From Promethearchaeota archaeon (GTDB lineage Archaea; Asgardarchaeota; Thorarchaeia; Thorarchaeales; Thorarchaeaceae), in contig WJMJ01000050.1 in NCBI GenBank assembly GCA_014728035.1, positions 1 through 31,891 on the forward strand: a DNA stretch of 31,891 nucleotides, given 5' to 3'. The notes beneath the pieces are model-generated. The model did not search any database, was not told the DNA's origin, and was given only the letters and a program-made list of their open reading frames with translations. Every line of letters begins with the position of its first letter. The stretch's first letter is position 1. The translations under genes and the position numbers were made by a program. Positions 1 to 8,133 of this stretch are shown here, piece by piece.

Positions 1-139
1 AGGAGTTTATATGGAGTGATCTGGAATAGAGATTTGGTCTACAGACACAGGATCCCTGACCAGGACCGAGCCAGTTCCAGTACCGTTTCTGGACGGACAA
101 AGCTCGGGTGTCTAAGTTTGTCCAACTAAAAATGAACGG
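1..139 (+). mobile_element. Right end of an IS607-family element (partial, runs off window start)
   Basis: TGTCTAAGTTTGTCCA (109-124) is a 15/16 reverse-complement match to TGGACAAAGTTAGACA (29394-29409) just upstream of the IS607 tnpA. The segment ends in GG (138-139), the IS607 crossover dinucleotide, exactly where an LLM-like reading frame becomes recognisable. Confidence 0.7.
60..139 (+). ncRNA. Candidate 3' part of a TnpB omega-RNA (reRNA) scaffold
   Basis: Hairpins TCCAG(76-80)/CTGGA(89-93) and GGACAAA(95-101)/TTTGTCC(117-123). CCGAGC(66-71) is complementary to GCTCGG(102-107) in the loop of the second hairpin, giving a pseudoknot. Position at an IS607 right end fits. Transcription is inferred only. 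Confidence 0.4.
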
Positions 140-286
140 TCTCCTGGCGATGTCATCGAAAGATTGGCCGCATACAGAGATTATGTGGATGTAGTGAATA
201 TTTGTCTTCCAATCATTGGAAATCCTAGAGATAACGGTCTCGAAACCATTCGCATTTTATCTGAACAGATAATACAACATCTATAG
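140..286 (+). pseudogene. C-terminal fragment of a luciferase-like (LLM-class flavin/F420-dependent) oxidoreductase, cut by the IS
   Basis: Frame 2 reads SPGDVIERLAAYRDYVDVVNICLPIIGNPRDNGLETIRILSEQIIQHL*. This matches the typical LLM C-terminus (G[ST]P..V.E.L..Y...VD.......L..I..L.E.IIP). No start codon; upstream is IS sequence. Confidence 0.65.
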
Positions 287-383
287 CACCAATGGCCTGA
301 AAGAAGACTCAGTTTGAAATGGTAAAATTCTGAGAATCCCAAGTCTTAAATTAACTATAATTAATTTATATATGGGATAGACG

Positions 384-1595
384 ATGGAAGAGCATCATGA
401 AGCAACAGTGCCAGAGAGTACAACAAAAAGAAAAACCAGTCCGTGGAAATTACCAGTGGTACAAATTGTTCTGGCCAGCACATTCCTAGCTCCATTAGGT
501 GTGCCTTTTATCAGTCCGTCACTGCCGTTGATTCAACAAATCTTTTCAGTCACAGAACAACTAGCGAGTCTGGCAATCAGCGCATATTTTATTGTTGGAA
601 TTGCATTCTCACCATTCATAGGTTCAATAATTGATCGTGTTGACGAACGACGAGTTCTTGCGGTCTCGTTAGTACTCTTTGGTATTGCTGGAGGAGTAAC
701 GGTATTTGTATTCGACTTTTGGTTATTCATTGTACTCAGATTGATACAAGGTACAGCAGCAGCTGGTTTGTTTATCGCGACTGTTACACTGATTACAGCT
801 AACTTCGAAGGTGTGCAACAGAACCGAGTACTCGGAATGAACAACGCAATACTATCGTTGAGCGCAGCAATCCTTCCTGTTGTAGGAGGGGCGATTGTTG
901 CAATTTCTTGGAATGCACCATTTGCTGCTTATTTGCTTGCAATTCCAATTGGTTACCTTGCAATGAAGAAGATTGAATGCCCGAAATGTGATGCCACACG
1001 AGGTGGTTTAAGTATTAGATCAGCTCTCAACTCGCTAAGAACCAAAAAGATGGTAGTACCGTATAGCACGGCGGTCTTCAGCGAAATAATACTCTTTGGT
1101 GCGGTCTTCACAACACTACCGTTCTTCTTATCAACTCAGTATGCCTTAGATTCTTTGACAATTGGTTTTGTGGTTTCTATTGGAAGTATAGCATCAGCAT
1201 TAGCTTCAGTCGCTAGTGGAAAGGTTGCAGAATACATTACTAATCGACAGATGATAGCTCTGGCCTTTGTGTTCAATGCTATTGGGCTTGTTGGTCTATG
1301 GGCAGCACCAACATTGATACTAACAATCCTCGCAGCTTCTCAAATCGGAGCAGCGGTAGGTTTCTCATTACCAGCTGTAGATGCAAGAATATCTGCAATA
1401 ATAGAGGAAAAACACCGTGGAGAAGCTCTCAGTATCAGAAACAGCTTCACATTTCTAGGTAGAACTCTAGGACCTCTCCTTTTTACGGGTATAGCCGCCT
1501 CAATTGGATATCCCCCATTATTGCTTTGGACAGGAATACTCTGTATAATAGTGGTCATTTTTCTCTCGGTTGCGTATCGAGGCAAAGATGATTAA
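384..1595 (+). CDS. MFS transporter (DHA1/drug:H+ antiporter-like)
   Basis: 403 aa with about 12 hydrophobic segments. Motif-A-like GSIIDRVDERRVL, motif-B LRLIQG, and late RGEALS/GRTLGPLL. Confidence 0.9.
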   Translation: MEEHHEATVPESTTKRKTSPWKLPVVQIVLASTFLAPLGVPFISPSLPLIQQIFSVTEQLASLAISAYFIVGIAFSPFIGSIIDRVDERRVLAVSLVLFGIAGGVTVFVFDFWLFIVLRLIQGTAAAGLFIATVTLITANFEGVQQNRVLGMNNAILSLSAAILPVVGGAIVAISWNAPFAAYLLAIPIGYLAMKKIECPKCDATRGGLSIRSALNSLRTKKMVVPYSTAVFSEIILFGAVFTTLPFFLSTQYALDSLTIGFVVSIGSIASALASVASGKVAEYITNRQMIALAFVFNAIGLVGLWAAPTLILTILAASQIGAAVGFSLPAVDARISAIIEEKHRGEALSIRNSFTFLGRTLGPLLFTGIAASIGYPPLLLWTGILCIIVVIFLSVAYRGKDD

Positions 1596-1652
1596 TCAAG
1601 TATATACCAGTCTATTCACAACCTTCACCTTCAAACCAAATTATGCTGAAAA

Positions 1653-1667
1653 TGAAAGGATTAAATC
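1653..1667 (+). promoter_or_regulatory. Archaeal BRE/TATA-like promoter, probably a leaderless transcript
   Basis: GAAAGGA-TTAAAT centred ~28-30 nt upstream of the ATG at 1692. Confidence 0.45.
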
Positions 1668-1691
1668 ATACCTTTTTTACAATTCGTAACC

Positions 1692-3545
1692 ATGAGATTC
1701 TCTATTGGAATAATACTTTTCACAACTGCATTGTTGTGTTTGCCGCTCCCTGTCCACCCAATCACATATGAGAGCTCAAATCATACGGTTGCACAGGATA
1801 TCATCTATTCAACAGATATTGCCTCAGAAGTATATCATGCAGCAGACATAAACTTGTACAGAGGATATCTGCAAGAACTAACTGCAAATGGATCTAGAGG
1901 GTATGGGTCAGCCCAGAATGAACATGCACGAAACTGGCTGATTGAGAAATTCGACGAACTCACTGGAGGAAAAGCTGTAGTTACTGTGGAAGGGCATTAT
2001 GACAACATAATTGCACGACTACCAGGAACACTTGGTGATTCGGCTCCATCTCTAGTTGTCGGAGCACATTATGATACCGTGAATTGTGATGGAGCAAATG
2101 ATGATGGTAGTGGCACTGTTGCACTATTAGAACTGGCAAGAATTCTTTCGCCACATACATTTCCACTTGATATCTATCTATGCGCGTGGAATGCGGAAGA
2201 ATTTGGATTGTATGGAAGTGCAGAAACTGCACCTAGTTTTATAGAAAATGAGATTGACATTTTAGCATATTATAACATAGACATGCTTCTTTATGCAAAC
2301 CCAGCTCTTCCTTCCGATGAGCTTGTCTACATGTTTTACACTAATGCAGGAACTTCTATCTATCAAGATGCTCAACTGTGGGCTGAGCAAGCTGAAGCAA
2401 TGAATCAAAACTTCGGTACAAGAATAATACAGTCTGAACCCCAGACATTATGTCCATATTGGCGTCAGTCAGACCATTATCCATTCTATACTGAAGGGTA
2501 CAAGTCAGTGATATTCACCACTGAATCAGGTCTTGCAGCAGATACTTTCCTCCACACAGAGGAAGATACTTGGGATAATCCCGAATATGATTACATGCCA
2601 GCCATAGAAACAGTAGCAAGCCTAGGGGCTTCAATTGCCTTTGGAGCACAACGTCCTCAGAATCAACTAATACATGAGAAATACTCTATGACTTTGGATG
2701 CTAGTGAAAACAAGAGCTTGCTCGTCTGTATCACAAAAGAAACCCCATTCGAAGCGGTTGCAAATATGAGTGTCAATCAAGAATATCAAATACAACTTCG
2801 GAATCCCGATGGTGGATTAGTATATGATTCAACGAAGACATTGGGTAGTACTATCCAAGAAACAATTGTATCAACAGATGTCACAGAACTAGGACAATAC
2901 GAGTTGATAATCATCAACAAAGGTGCATCCACTGCAACTGTTGAAGTTGATATAACTCATGACTTTGACTATGAAGGAAATGGTGTATCAGACTCAACAG
3001 AGTCATGGGTCAATGGATTCGATGCTGATTCTGATAACGACCTAATTAGTGATTCGTGGGAAGAAATAATGGGTACTCAGAGATTCAATGCCGACGAAGA
3101 TAACGATGGTCTATCGGATTATGAAGAGATCTATATCTACAAGACATCGCCCAGTAGCAACGATACAGATAGAGACCTGATGAGCGATTCTTATGAGGTC
3201 TTGAATGGATTACAACCAAAACGTGATGATGCTGAAGAAGACTTGGATGGGGATGGGCTAACTAATCTAGAAGAATTCTTACTAGGAACAAAAGCAAATA
3301 GTACAGATTCTGACTCGGATGGAATGCCGGATTCATGGGAAGTATATTATGGAACAGATCCATGTGTTGATGATGCAAGATTGGATCCAGATGGAGACCT
3401 ACTAGTAAATATTGACGAGTATCGGAGTGGAACCAATCCTTTTGTTGCGGATTCGATTACGTTGATGATTGTACTTGTAGGTACAATAATGATTGTGCCA
3501 GTCGCAATACTATACATTCTCAAGAGAAAGAACATCATTTCGTAG
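1692..3545 (+). CDS. Secreted, membrane-anchored M28-family Zn aminopeptidase with Ca-binding DxDxDG repeats
   Basis: N-terminal signal peptide. M28 motifs GAHYDT, GANDDGSG, AEEFGLYGS, NIDM, SDHYPF, HTEEDT. C-terminal DxDxDG repeats, then a TM helix and basic tail (KRK). Confidence 0.9.
   Translation: MRFSIGIILFTTALLCLPLPVHPITYESSNHTVAQDIIYSTDIASEVYHAADINLYRGYLQELTANGSRGYGSAQNEHARNWLIEKFDELTGGKAVVTVEGHYDNIIARLPGTLGDSAPSLVVGAHYDTVNCDGANDDGSGTVALLELARILSPHTFPLDIYLCAWNAEEFGLYGSAETAPSFIENEIDILAYYNIDMLLYANPALPSDELVYMFYTNAGTSIYQDAQLWAEQAEAMNQNFGTRIIQSEPQTLCPYWRQSDHYPFYTEGYKSVIFTTESGLAADTFLHTEEDTWDNPEYDYMPAIETVASLGASIAFGAQRPQNQLIHEKYSMTLDASENKSLLVCITKETPFEAVANMSVNQEYQIQLRNPDGGLVYDSTKTLGSTIQETIVSTDVTELGQYELIIINKGASTATVEVDITHDFDYEGNGVSDSTESWVNGFDADSDNDLISDSWEEIMGTQRFNADEDNDGLSDYEEIYIYKTSPSSNDTDRDLMSDSYEVLNGLQPKRDDAEEDLDGDGLTNLEEFLLGTKANSTDSDSDGMPDSWEVYYGTDPCVDDARLDPDGDLLVNIDEYRSGTNPFVADSITLMIVLVGTIMIVPVAILYILKRKNIIS
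2961..3452 (+). repeat. Intragenic tandem DxDxDG..D.EE (thrombospondin type-3 / binary-toxin Ca-binding-like) repeats
   Basis: DSDNDLISDSWE, DEDNDGLSDYEE, DTDRDLMSDSYE, DLDGDGLTNLEE, DSDSDGMPDSWE, DPDGDLLVNIDE. Confidence 0.85.
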
Positions 3546-3559
3546 ATTCTGATCAATAA

Positions 3560-3598
3560 TGGGACGGCAGTATTCTGTCAGTCCCACTCTATTTTTCT
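3560..3598 (+). terminator. Hairpin + T-rich tract after the M28 peptidase
   Basis: TGGGAC-GGCAG-tatt-CTGTC-a-GTCCCA followed by CTCTATTTTTCT. Confidence 0.5.
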
Positions 3599-4113
3599 CA
3601 GATTAGAATAGAATACCAGCACCTCCAAAACAATCGCATCAAAAGACTTCAATTCCATTATTGAAAAACAAACTTCATTTTTGTATCTTTAGACATCTAT
3701 AGTTGCCAAAGTCCGCAATGCGCTTTTTGCCCGATTTAAATAAGAAAAGTATGCACAAGAAACTGAACTACTCATTATATGGTCTCAGATGAGTAATGAA
3801 TTGAACTGGCGATGTCATCGCACAAGAAAATTACACCTTGTAAACCTTCAAGGAATTCATCGAGTCAGAATTGAATTTTTCTAAGATGGTTGCGAATGGT
3901 GTAATTTTCTCACTACTTGATTAGGTATGACTCGTTCTTGATTAGAATTACTGGACTCATAATGGCAATCTTCAGATCTATAATATTTGGAGGTGGCTTA
4001 TGTCAGTGGAGGATATTCAAAACCATAGAAGAAAACAAAGGAATATACTAAGTAGAATATCGCAACCGAGTAGATTGAATTAGTACAGAAACCTACTCGA
4101 TTGGTTCATTATT

Positions 4114-5127
4114 CTACCTTCTTTTGAAGAAGATAACTAATGCAATAAGACATATCCCAATCGCCGTTCCAGTTAACACTAATTCGGTTGGAAAAGTCAA
4201 TGGTTCAATAACTGTTGCATTAGTTGTTGTAGTTAATCCCCATGTTGTGGTATTCATAACTGTAGGAGAAGAATCTACTTGCCACTGAATTATATTCATA
4301 ATTAAGGGCCATTCCGAATCCTCATCAGAATATCTATCCATGTAAGTAGTACCATCTAAATCGTTGTTTTCTTCATATTCGAATTGAGGGCTGGAAATGA
4401 AGACATTACCTTCCCCATAGTTAGATGCAATCATCGCAGGTTTATTGTTATAGGAGTAGTTTGCAATGCATATTACTTCTTGACCCGGGTCTGGTTCAAA
4501 ATATCTTCCAGTTCTAAATAGGACATTGAGCTGAGAAGGCATAGTTGATAGGTCTGGACCTGTACATTCTTGATTGATCTCTAATGGTGTAACAACGATA
4601 TATCCCAAATCAGGCATTCCAACACTAGTCCCATTGATCAGTCCCAAACGAAATGATTCGTGTCGGCCCTCAAAATTTCCATCAGTAACTGCGATGGATG
4701 AACTTCCTCTGACACCAATATACGAACCGCCAGCTTTGACCCATGCCCGAATAGCTTCAAGACCATCTGTGCCAAGATTACTCTCTATATTTGGGCCAAG
4801 TCCCTCTGGAATAACAAATACCTCAAAGGCCCATAGTGCACCTAGTTCAATATCGGTACGATTTATGATTTCAACAGTAGCGTTCATCCAACTTAGCATA
4901 TTGTATAATGCAGTTCTGCTCTCTTCAACTCTTGAATCTAGAGAGGAGTAATAACTCTCATATAAAGCAACTCTAATCCCACTCAAATCAGTATTTGCCT
5001 GATTCACATCCTGAATAGCATCATATTGTTCGGCTGGTGTGTCAATCATTGAGCTATCTGTCATTGGGAAGGACATGACAATCAAACATGCTAAGATGGC
5101 TGTAATGAATGTGTTAGATATTCTCAT
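4114..5127 (-). CDS. Secreted, TM-anchored BPL_N / class I glutamine-amidotransferase-like protein (catalytic residues degenerate)
   Basis: Likely start ATG 5127 (MRISNTFITAILACL signal peptide). VFVIPEG, AIRAWVKAGGSYIG and YGEGNVFISSPQFE resemble the BPL_N fold. Thr-rich linker, TM helix and KRR tail. Confidence 0.7.
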   Translation of the reverse strand: MRISNTFITAILACLIVMSFPMTDSSMIDTPAEQYDAIQDVNQANTDLSGIRVALYESYYSSLDSRVEESRTALYNMLSWMNATVEIINRTDIELGALWAFEVFVIPEGLGPNIESNLGTDGLEAIRAWVKAGGSYIGVRGSSSIAVTDGNFEGRHESFRLGLINGTSVGMPDLGYIVVTPLEINQECTGPDLSTMPSQLNVLFRTGRYFEPDPGQEVICIANYSYNNKPAMIASNYGEGNVFISSPQFEYEENNDLDGTTYMDRYSDEDSEWPLIMNIIQWQVDSSPTVMNTTTWGLTTTTNATVIEPLTFPTELVLTGTAIGICLIALVIFFKRR

Positions 5128-5611
5128 TCTGATAATCACTCGCGCTACAACACGAAGAAAAATCAGAATTAAGTCAAGAGAACAACGCATTGCGGTTAAC
5201 AGTGTATTTTCACATATAATGTCCCAATACCGAAGTCTCTTTTTCACTTTTGACAAGATATTCTATGCAAGCTTGAAGCAAATATCCTATGAAAGAAAAA
5301 ACTGCTATAGGAATTAAATGATAATCAAATTCCTATTATGTTCAAATTTTGGAAAGTCGCGCCAGAAAACAGACTATATTTGGGAAATACATTCATAGGG
5401 GACAAAAAACGACGACGATAATAATGAGTAGAAGCAAAATTGCTTAGATTCTATAATAAATATTTCAAAACAAAACATCACAAGTTTGTTTTTATGCGAA
5501 GATTCGAGAATGAACATGTACGGTCGTGAATGCTGATACAAGATAGGGGACATATCACACTGATATAGGCTGGACCTACGACCGATGACCAATGAAAGGG
5601 GACCAAAATTC

Positions 5612-6226
5612 ATGAAACGCTTAAAACCGTTTGACTACAAAGCCTACGTTACTGGACCTTTCCAGTCAGGAAAGACATCGTTAATTCACGCGTTAGATCC
5701 AGATGCAATATCGATTGAACGTGCAATGAAGGAAGCTTACAGAGGCGAAGTCGGAACCACAACAACAGGATTCGACCTTGGTAGAGTTGTATGGGCGAGA
5801 AATAGCCCTACAGCAGACGGATTGATCATTCCAAAGAAAGAATACGAACGAGAAAAAGCAGAATATGAAGGGTGGGGAACCAAAGAGATTGAGCTTCGTG
5901 GGGTTCCAGGACAATTACACTTCAAATTCGTGCGAGATACTATGAGAAGCAGTTCTGATGGAGTGTTAATGATTGTGGACTCTTCAGACCCAGGAATGGT
6001 TGGTGAAGCTTTAACAATCTTAGCAGAAACTCAAGCTGCTTTTACAGATATCCCGATAGAGGTCATCGCGAACAAACAAGACAGAGATGATGCATCTCCT
6101 CCAGACCAAGTAGCAAGTTGGCTTGGTGTTGAAAATGCAACAGGAATGTCAACATTCGACCGTGAGTCTTGTAAGGATGCACTAATAATGCTTCTAAAGA
6201 AAGTAGAAGAATCAAAAGGTGTATAG
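5612..6226 (+). CDS. Small Ras-superfamily GTPase, MglA/conservon-type
   Basis: G1 GPFQSGKT, G2 TTTTGFD, MglA-style G3 GVPGQ (no Asp), G4 NKQD. Start taken at ATG 5612 (alternative 5585). Confidence 0.88.
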   Translation: MKRLKPFDYKAYVTGPFQSGKTSLIHALDPDAISIERAMKEAYRGEVGTTTTGFDLGRVVWARNSPTADGLIIPKKEYEREKAEYEGWGTKEIELRGVPGQLHFKFVRDTMRSSSDGVLMIVDSSDPGMVGEALTILAETQAAFTDIPIEVIANKQDRDDASPPDQVASWLGVENATGMSTFDRESCKDALIMLLKKVEESKGV

Positions 6227-6237
6227 GAGGCTATTGA

Positions 6238-6687
6238 ATGTCTGATATAACAATACCACCAGTTGCAAAAATCGAAAACCTATTAGCTGGATTTGAAGAA
6301 CGCGTGCCAGTTTGGGGGATCACTGTCTTTACAGTCGACGGATACATTATAGCTCATAGATTATTCTATAACAAAATGCCTCCAGATATTGAAATGGCAG
6401 TTAGCAGCCTTTCAGCCAGCCTTATTACAATCGCGGAGAATTTCATAGGGTTTATCGACCCTGAGAAAGTCTTCAGACAGATTACATTTGATGCAATGGA
6501 CGATGCAGGTGGAATTGCTTTCACCATTCTGCTGAAGCAAGTTGCAGACAATGTTTTATTGACATGTATCTTCCCAAGCTCAGTTCAACTCGGACTTGTA
6601 GTATTCGAGCTCGAAACACTGTCAGACTCGATAGTCGAAACAGTCAATGAGTGGGAAGTCAAGCTACACGAAGAAACTATGACTTGA
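6238..6687 (+). CDS. Roadblock/LC7 (MglB-like) domain protein
   Basis: Helix, then GITVFTVDGYIIAH, AVSSLSASL helix, strands and a C-terminal LGLVVFEL helix. GGAGG RBS upstream. Confidence 0.75.
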   Translation: MSDITIPPVAKIENLLAGFEERVPVWGITVFTVDGYIIAHRLFYNKMPPDIEMAVSSLSASLITIAENFIGFIDPEKVFRQITFDAMDDAGGIAFTILLKQVADNVLLTCIFPSSVQLGLVVFELETLSDSIVETVNEWEVKLHEETMT

Positions 6688-6697
6688 GGAAAGATAG

Positions 6698-7114
6698 ATG
6701 AGTGAAGGAAGATCGGACAGATTAACAAGAGTTCTTGAAGAGTTATTCAAGAGAGGCAATGGCAGATTTCAAAGTGCTGTTGTCACAAATGAGCGAGGAC
6801 TTATAGTAACCAAGATGATTCGAGGAGATCATCCTGATGAAAGCTTGGCTGCTATGACCGCACTTCTGTCGGACGCTTCTGTCAGGGTTAATTCAAACCT
6901 TGAATTGGGAAATCCCGAATCAGCTATTGTAAGGTCTTCGACTGCACAACTAGCAGTGAAGGAATTTCCCGTAAGAAAGAAACCATTCAGAATCGGCCTA
7001 GTTGTCAAAGAGAAAAAAACTCGATGGTGGCGTAGAGGTCTGACACCGGAGAAGATTGAAGAATCGCTCTCGGAAGCAGCTGAATCGGTACGTGAAATAC
7101 TTGAAAGCAAATAA
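6698..7114 (+). CDS. Roadblock/LC7 (MglB-like) domain protein with a basic/aromatic insert
   Basis: LTRVLEEL...SAVVTNERGLIV...LAAMTALL...VNSNLELGNPE. Insert KKTRWWRRG before the last helix. Confidence 0.85.
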   Translation: MSEGRSDRLTRVLEELFKRGNGRFQSAVVTNERGLIVTKMIRGDHPDESLAAMTALLSDASVRVNSNLELGNPESAIVRSSTAQLAVKEFPVRKKPFRIGLVVKEKKTRWWRRGLTPEKIEESLSEAAESVREILESK

Positions 7115-7148
7115 GGGGAACTAATATACAAAACGGGGTAAAACGAGA

Positions 7149-7511
7149 ATGAGTGCAAGGGTAAAGAAACTTACTTCAGTTCTAGAAGAACTGGAGAAGA
7201 ATTGTGAAATCACGAACTCTGCAATAGTTACCGAGAAAGGACAAATGGTAGCCCACAGTCTTCACGAAGGCGTTGATGAGAAATCAGTCTCAGCAATGGG
7301 TGCAGCTATTCTCTCAATCGGTAACAGAGTCGGTACTGTTCTATCAGCTGGCAACCCAAAGGCCATCATGATCAATGGAACGGAGAGCATTGTAATCCTC
7401 CGACACATTGGTAAAATGGTCTTGATCAGCCTAGCTCCCAAGGATGCAAAAGTCGGTCTTATCGACTTTGAACTTGAGAAGGCTTCAGAACAGATTGAAG
7501 GACTCCTATAG
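7149..7511 (+). CDS. Roadblock/LC7 (MglB-like) domain protein
   Basis: Canonical pattern LTSVLEEL..SAIVTEKGQMVA..VSAMGAAIL..G..IMING...KVGLIDFELEKA. Confidence 0.9.
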   Translation: MSARVKKLTSVLEELEKNCEITNSAIVTEKGQMVAHSLHEGVDEKSVSAMGAAILSIGNRVGTVLSAGNPKAIMINGTESIVILRHIGKMVLISLAPKDAKVGLIDFELEKASEQIEGLL

Positions 7512-7515
7512 AATA

Positions 7516-7580
7516 AGGGGACAACGATGATGACCAGTGCTAAACTGTACTGGACCATCTCCCTCTAATTTTTTATTTTA
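7516..7580 (+). terminator. Stem-loop + T-rich tract closing the GTPase-roadblock operon
   Basis: CCAGTGC/GTACTGG stem, outer GATG/CATC and GGGGA/TCCCT pairs, then AATTTTTTATTTT. Confidence 0.55.
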
Positions 7581-7949
7581 ATTGATGGTTGAATATTACA
7601 ATTATCCATCGGACTTTAGAACTCTCAGATTCCAGTTTCCTTCAAATGGTAGTGTACTAAATAGCTTGTTCTCTAGTTTCTGTTTTTGAATTGTTTGAAA
7701 AGACTCCAATCCGATTACCTTCTAGTTCATTCTTGGAAAAACTAGTAATATTAGCAAGACGATAATTGCTGAAAACGGTTTCATAATCCATGACCATTTG
7801 GAGACTCTAAACACTTCCAGACACCACTCGATTGAAAATATAGAGCAAATATCGCTTTTCGTTATTAATCCATAAACCAATGCAATCACTAATAATATTG
7901 GATAACCAATCTACATTACACAGTAAACAAAGAATGGATTGAACTCGTA

Positions 7950-8078
7950 ATGTCTTGTGAGACGTGCAGAACAATAGTACGATACGGAAAACGAGTTGCA
8001 TCAGGCAAACAAGTATGTATTGATTGTTGGAAAATAGAAAAAGAAGACAGGATAAGAGAAAATGAAGAAGAGAAGTAA
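7950..8078 (+). CDS. 42-aa zinc-finger microprotein (below the ORF-track cutoff)
   Basis: MSCETCRTIVRYGKRVASGKQVCIDCWKIEKEDRIRENEEEK*: two CxxC pairs and a charged tail. Confidence 0.6.
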   Translation: MSCETCRTIVRYGKRVASGKQVCIDCWKIEKEDRIRENEEEK

Positions 8079-8133
8079 GGCTTAGAGAAGAAGGAAGAGG
8101 TCCACAAGAATGCTTGTAGACCATATTCTGTAA

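Noticed and set aside
3806-3820. Exact 15-nt repeat CTGGCGATGTCATCG shared with 144-158, the putative omega-RNA guide region
   Set aside because: About one 15-mer match is expected by chance in a window this size. The first guide bases (TCTC) do not match and the upstream bases (TTGAA) lack the GG expected of an IS607-type TAM. Kept only as a curiosity.
3790-4051. Possible decayed small membrane-protein gene (hydrophobic stretches across stops)
   Set aside because: No recognisable family motif; cannot be distinguished from AT-rich noise by eye.
5128-5256. Long N-terminal extensions given by the ORF track (also 15771, 18015, 24505)
   Set aside because: Downstream ATGs give proper signal peptides or family N-termini, so the shorter starts were used.
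7526-7559. SECIS- or box C-like look: ATGA...AAA loop...GA, and ATGATGA
   Set aside because: The GA/AG core needs a bulge that breaks the better Watson-Crick stem, there is no exact CTGA box D, and no credible in-frame UGA selenoprotein lies upstream. FwdB here has Cys.
7723-7911. Hydrophobic minus-strand open frame (IGYPILLVIALVYG...)
   Set aside because: No convincing start and no motif; possibly a remnant but unsupported.
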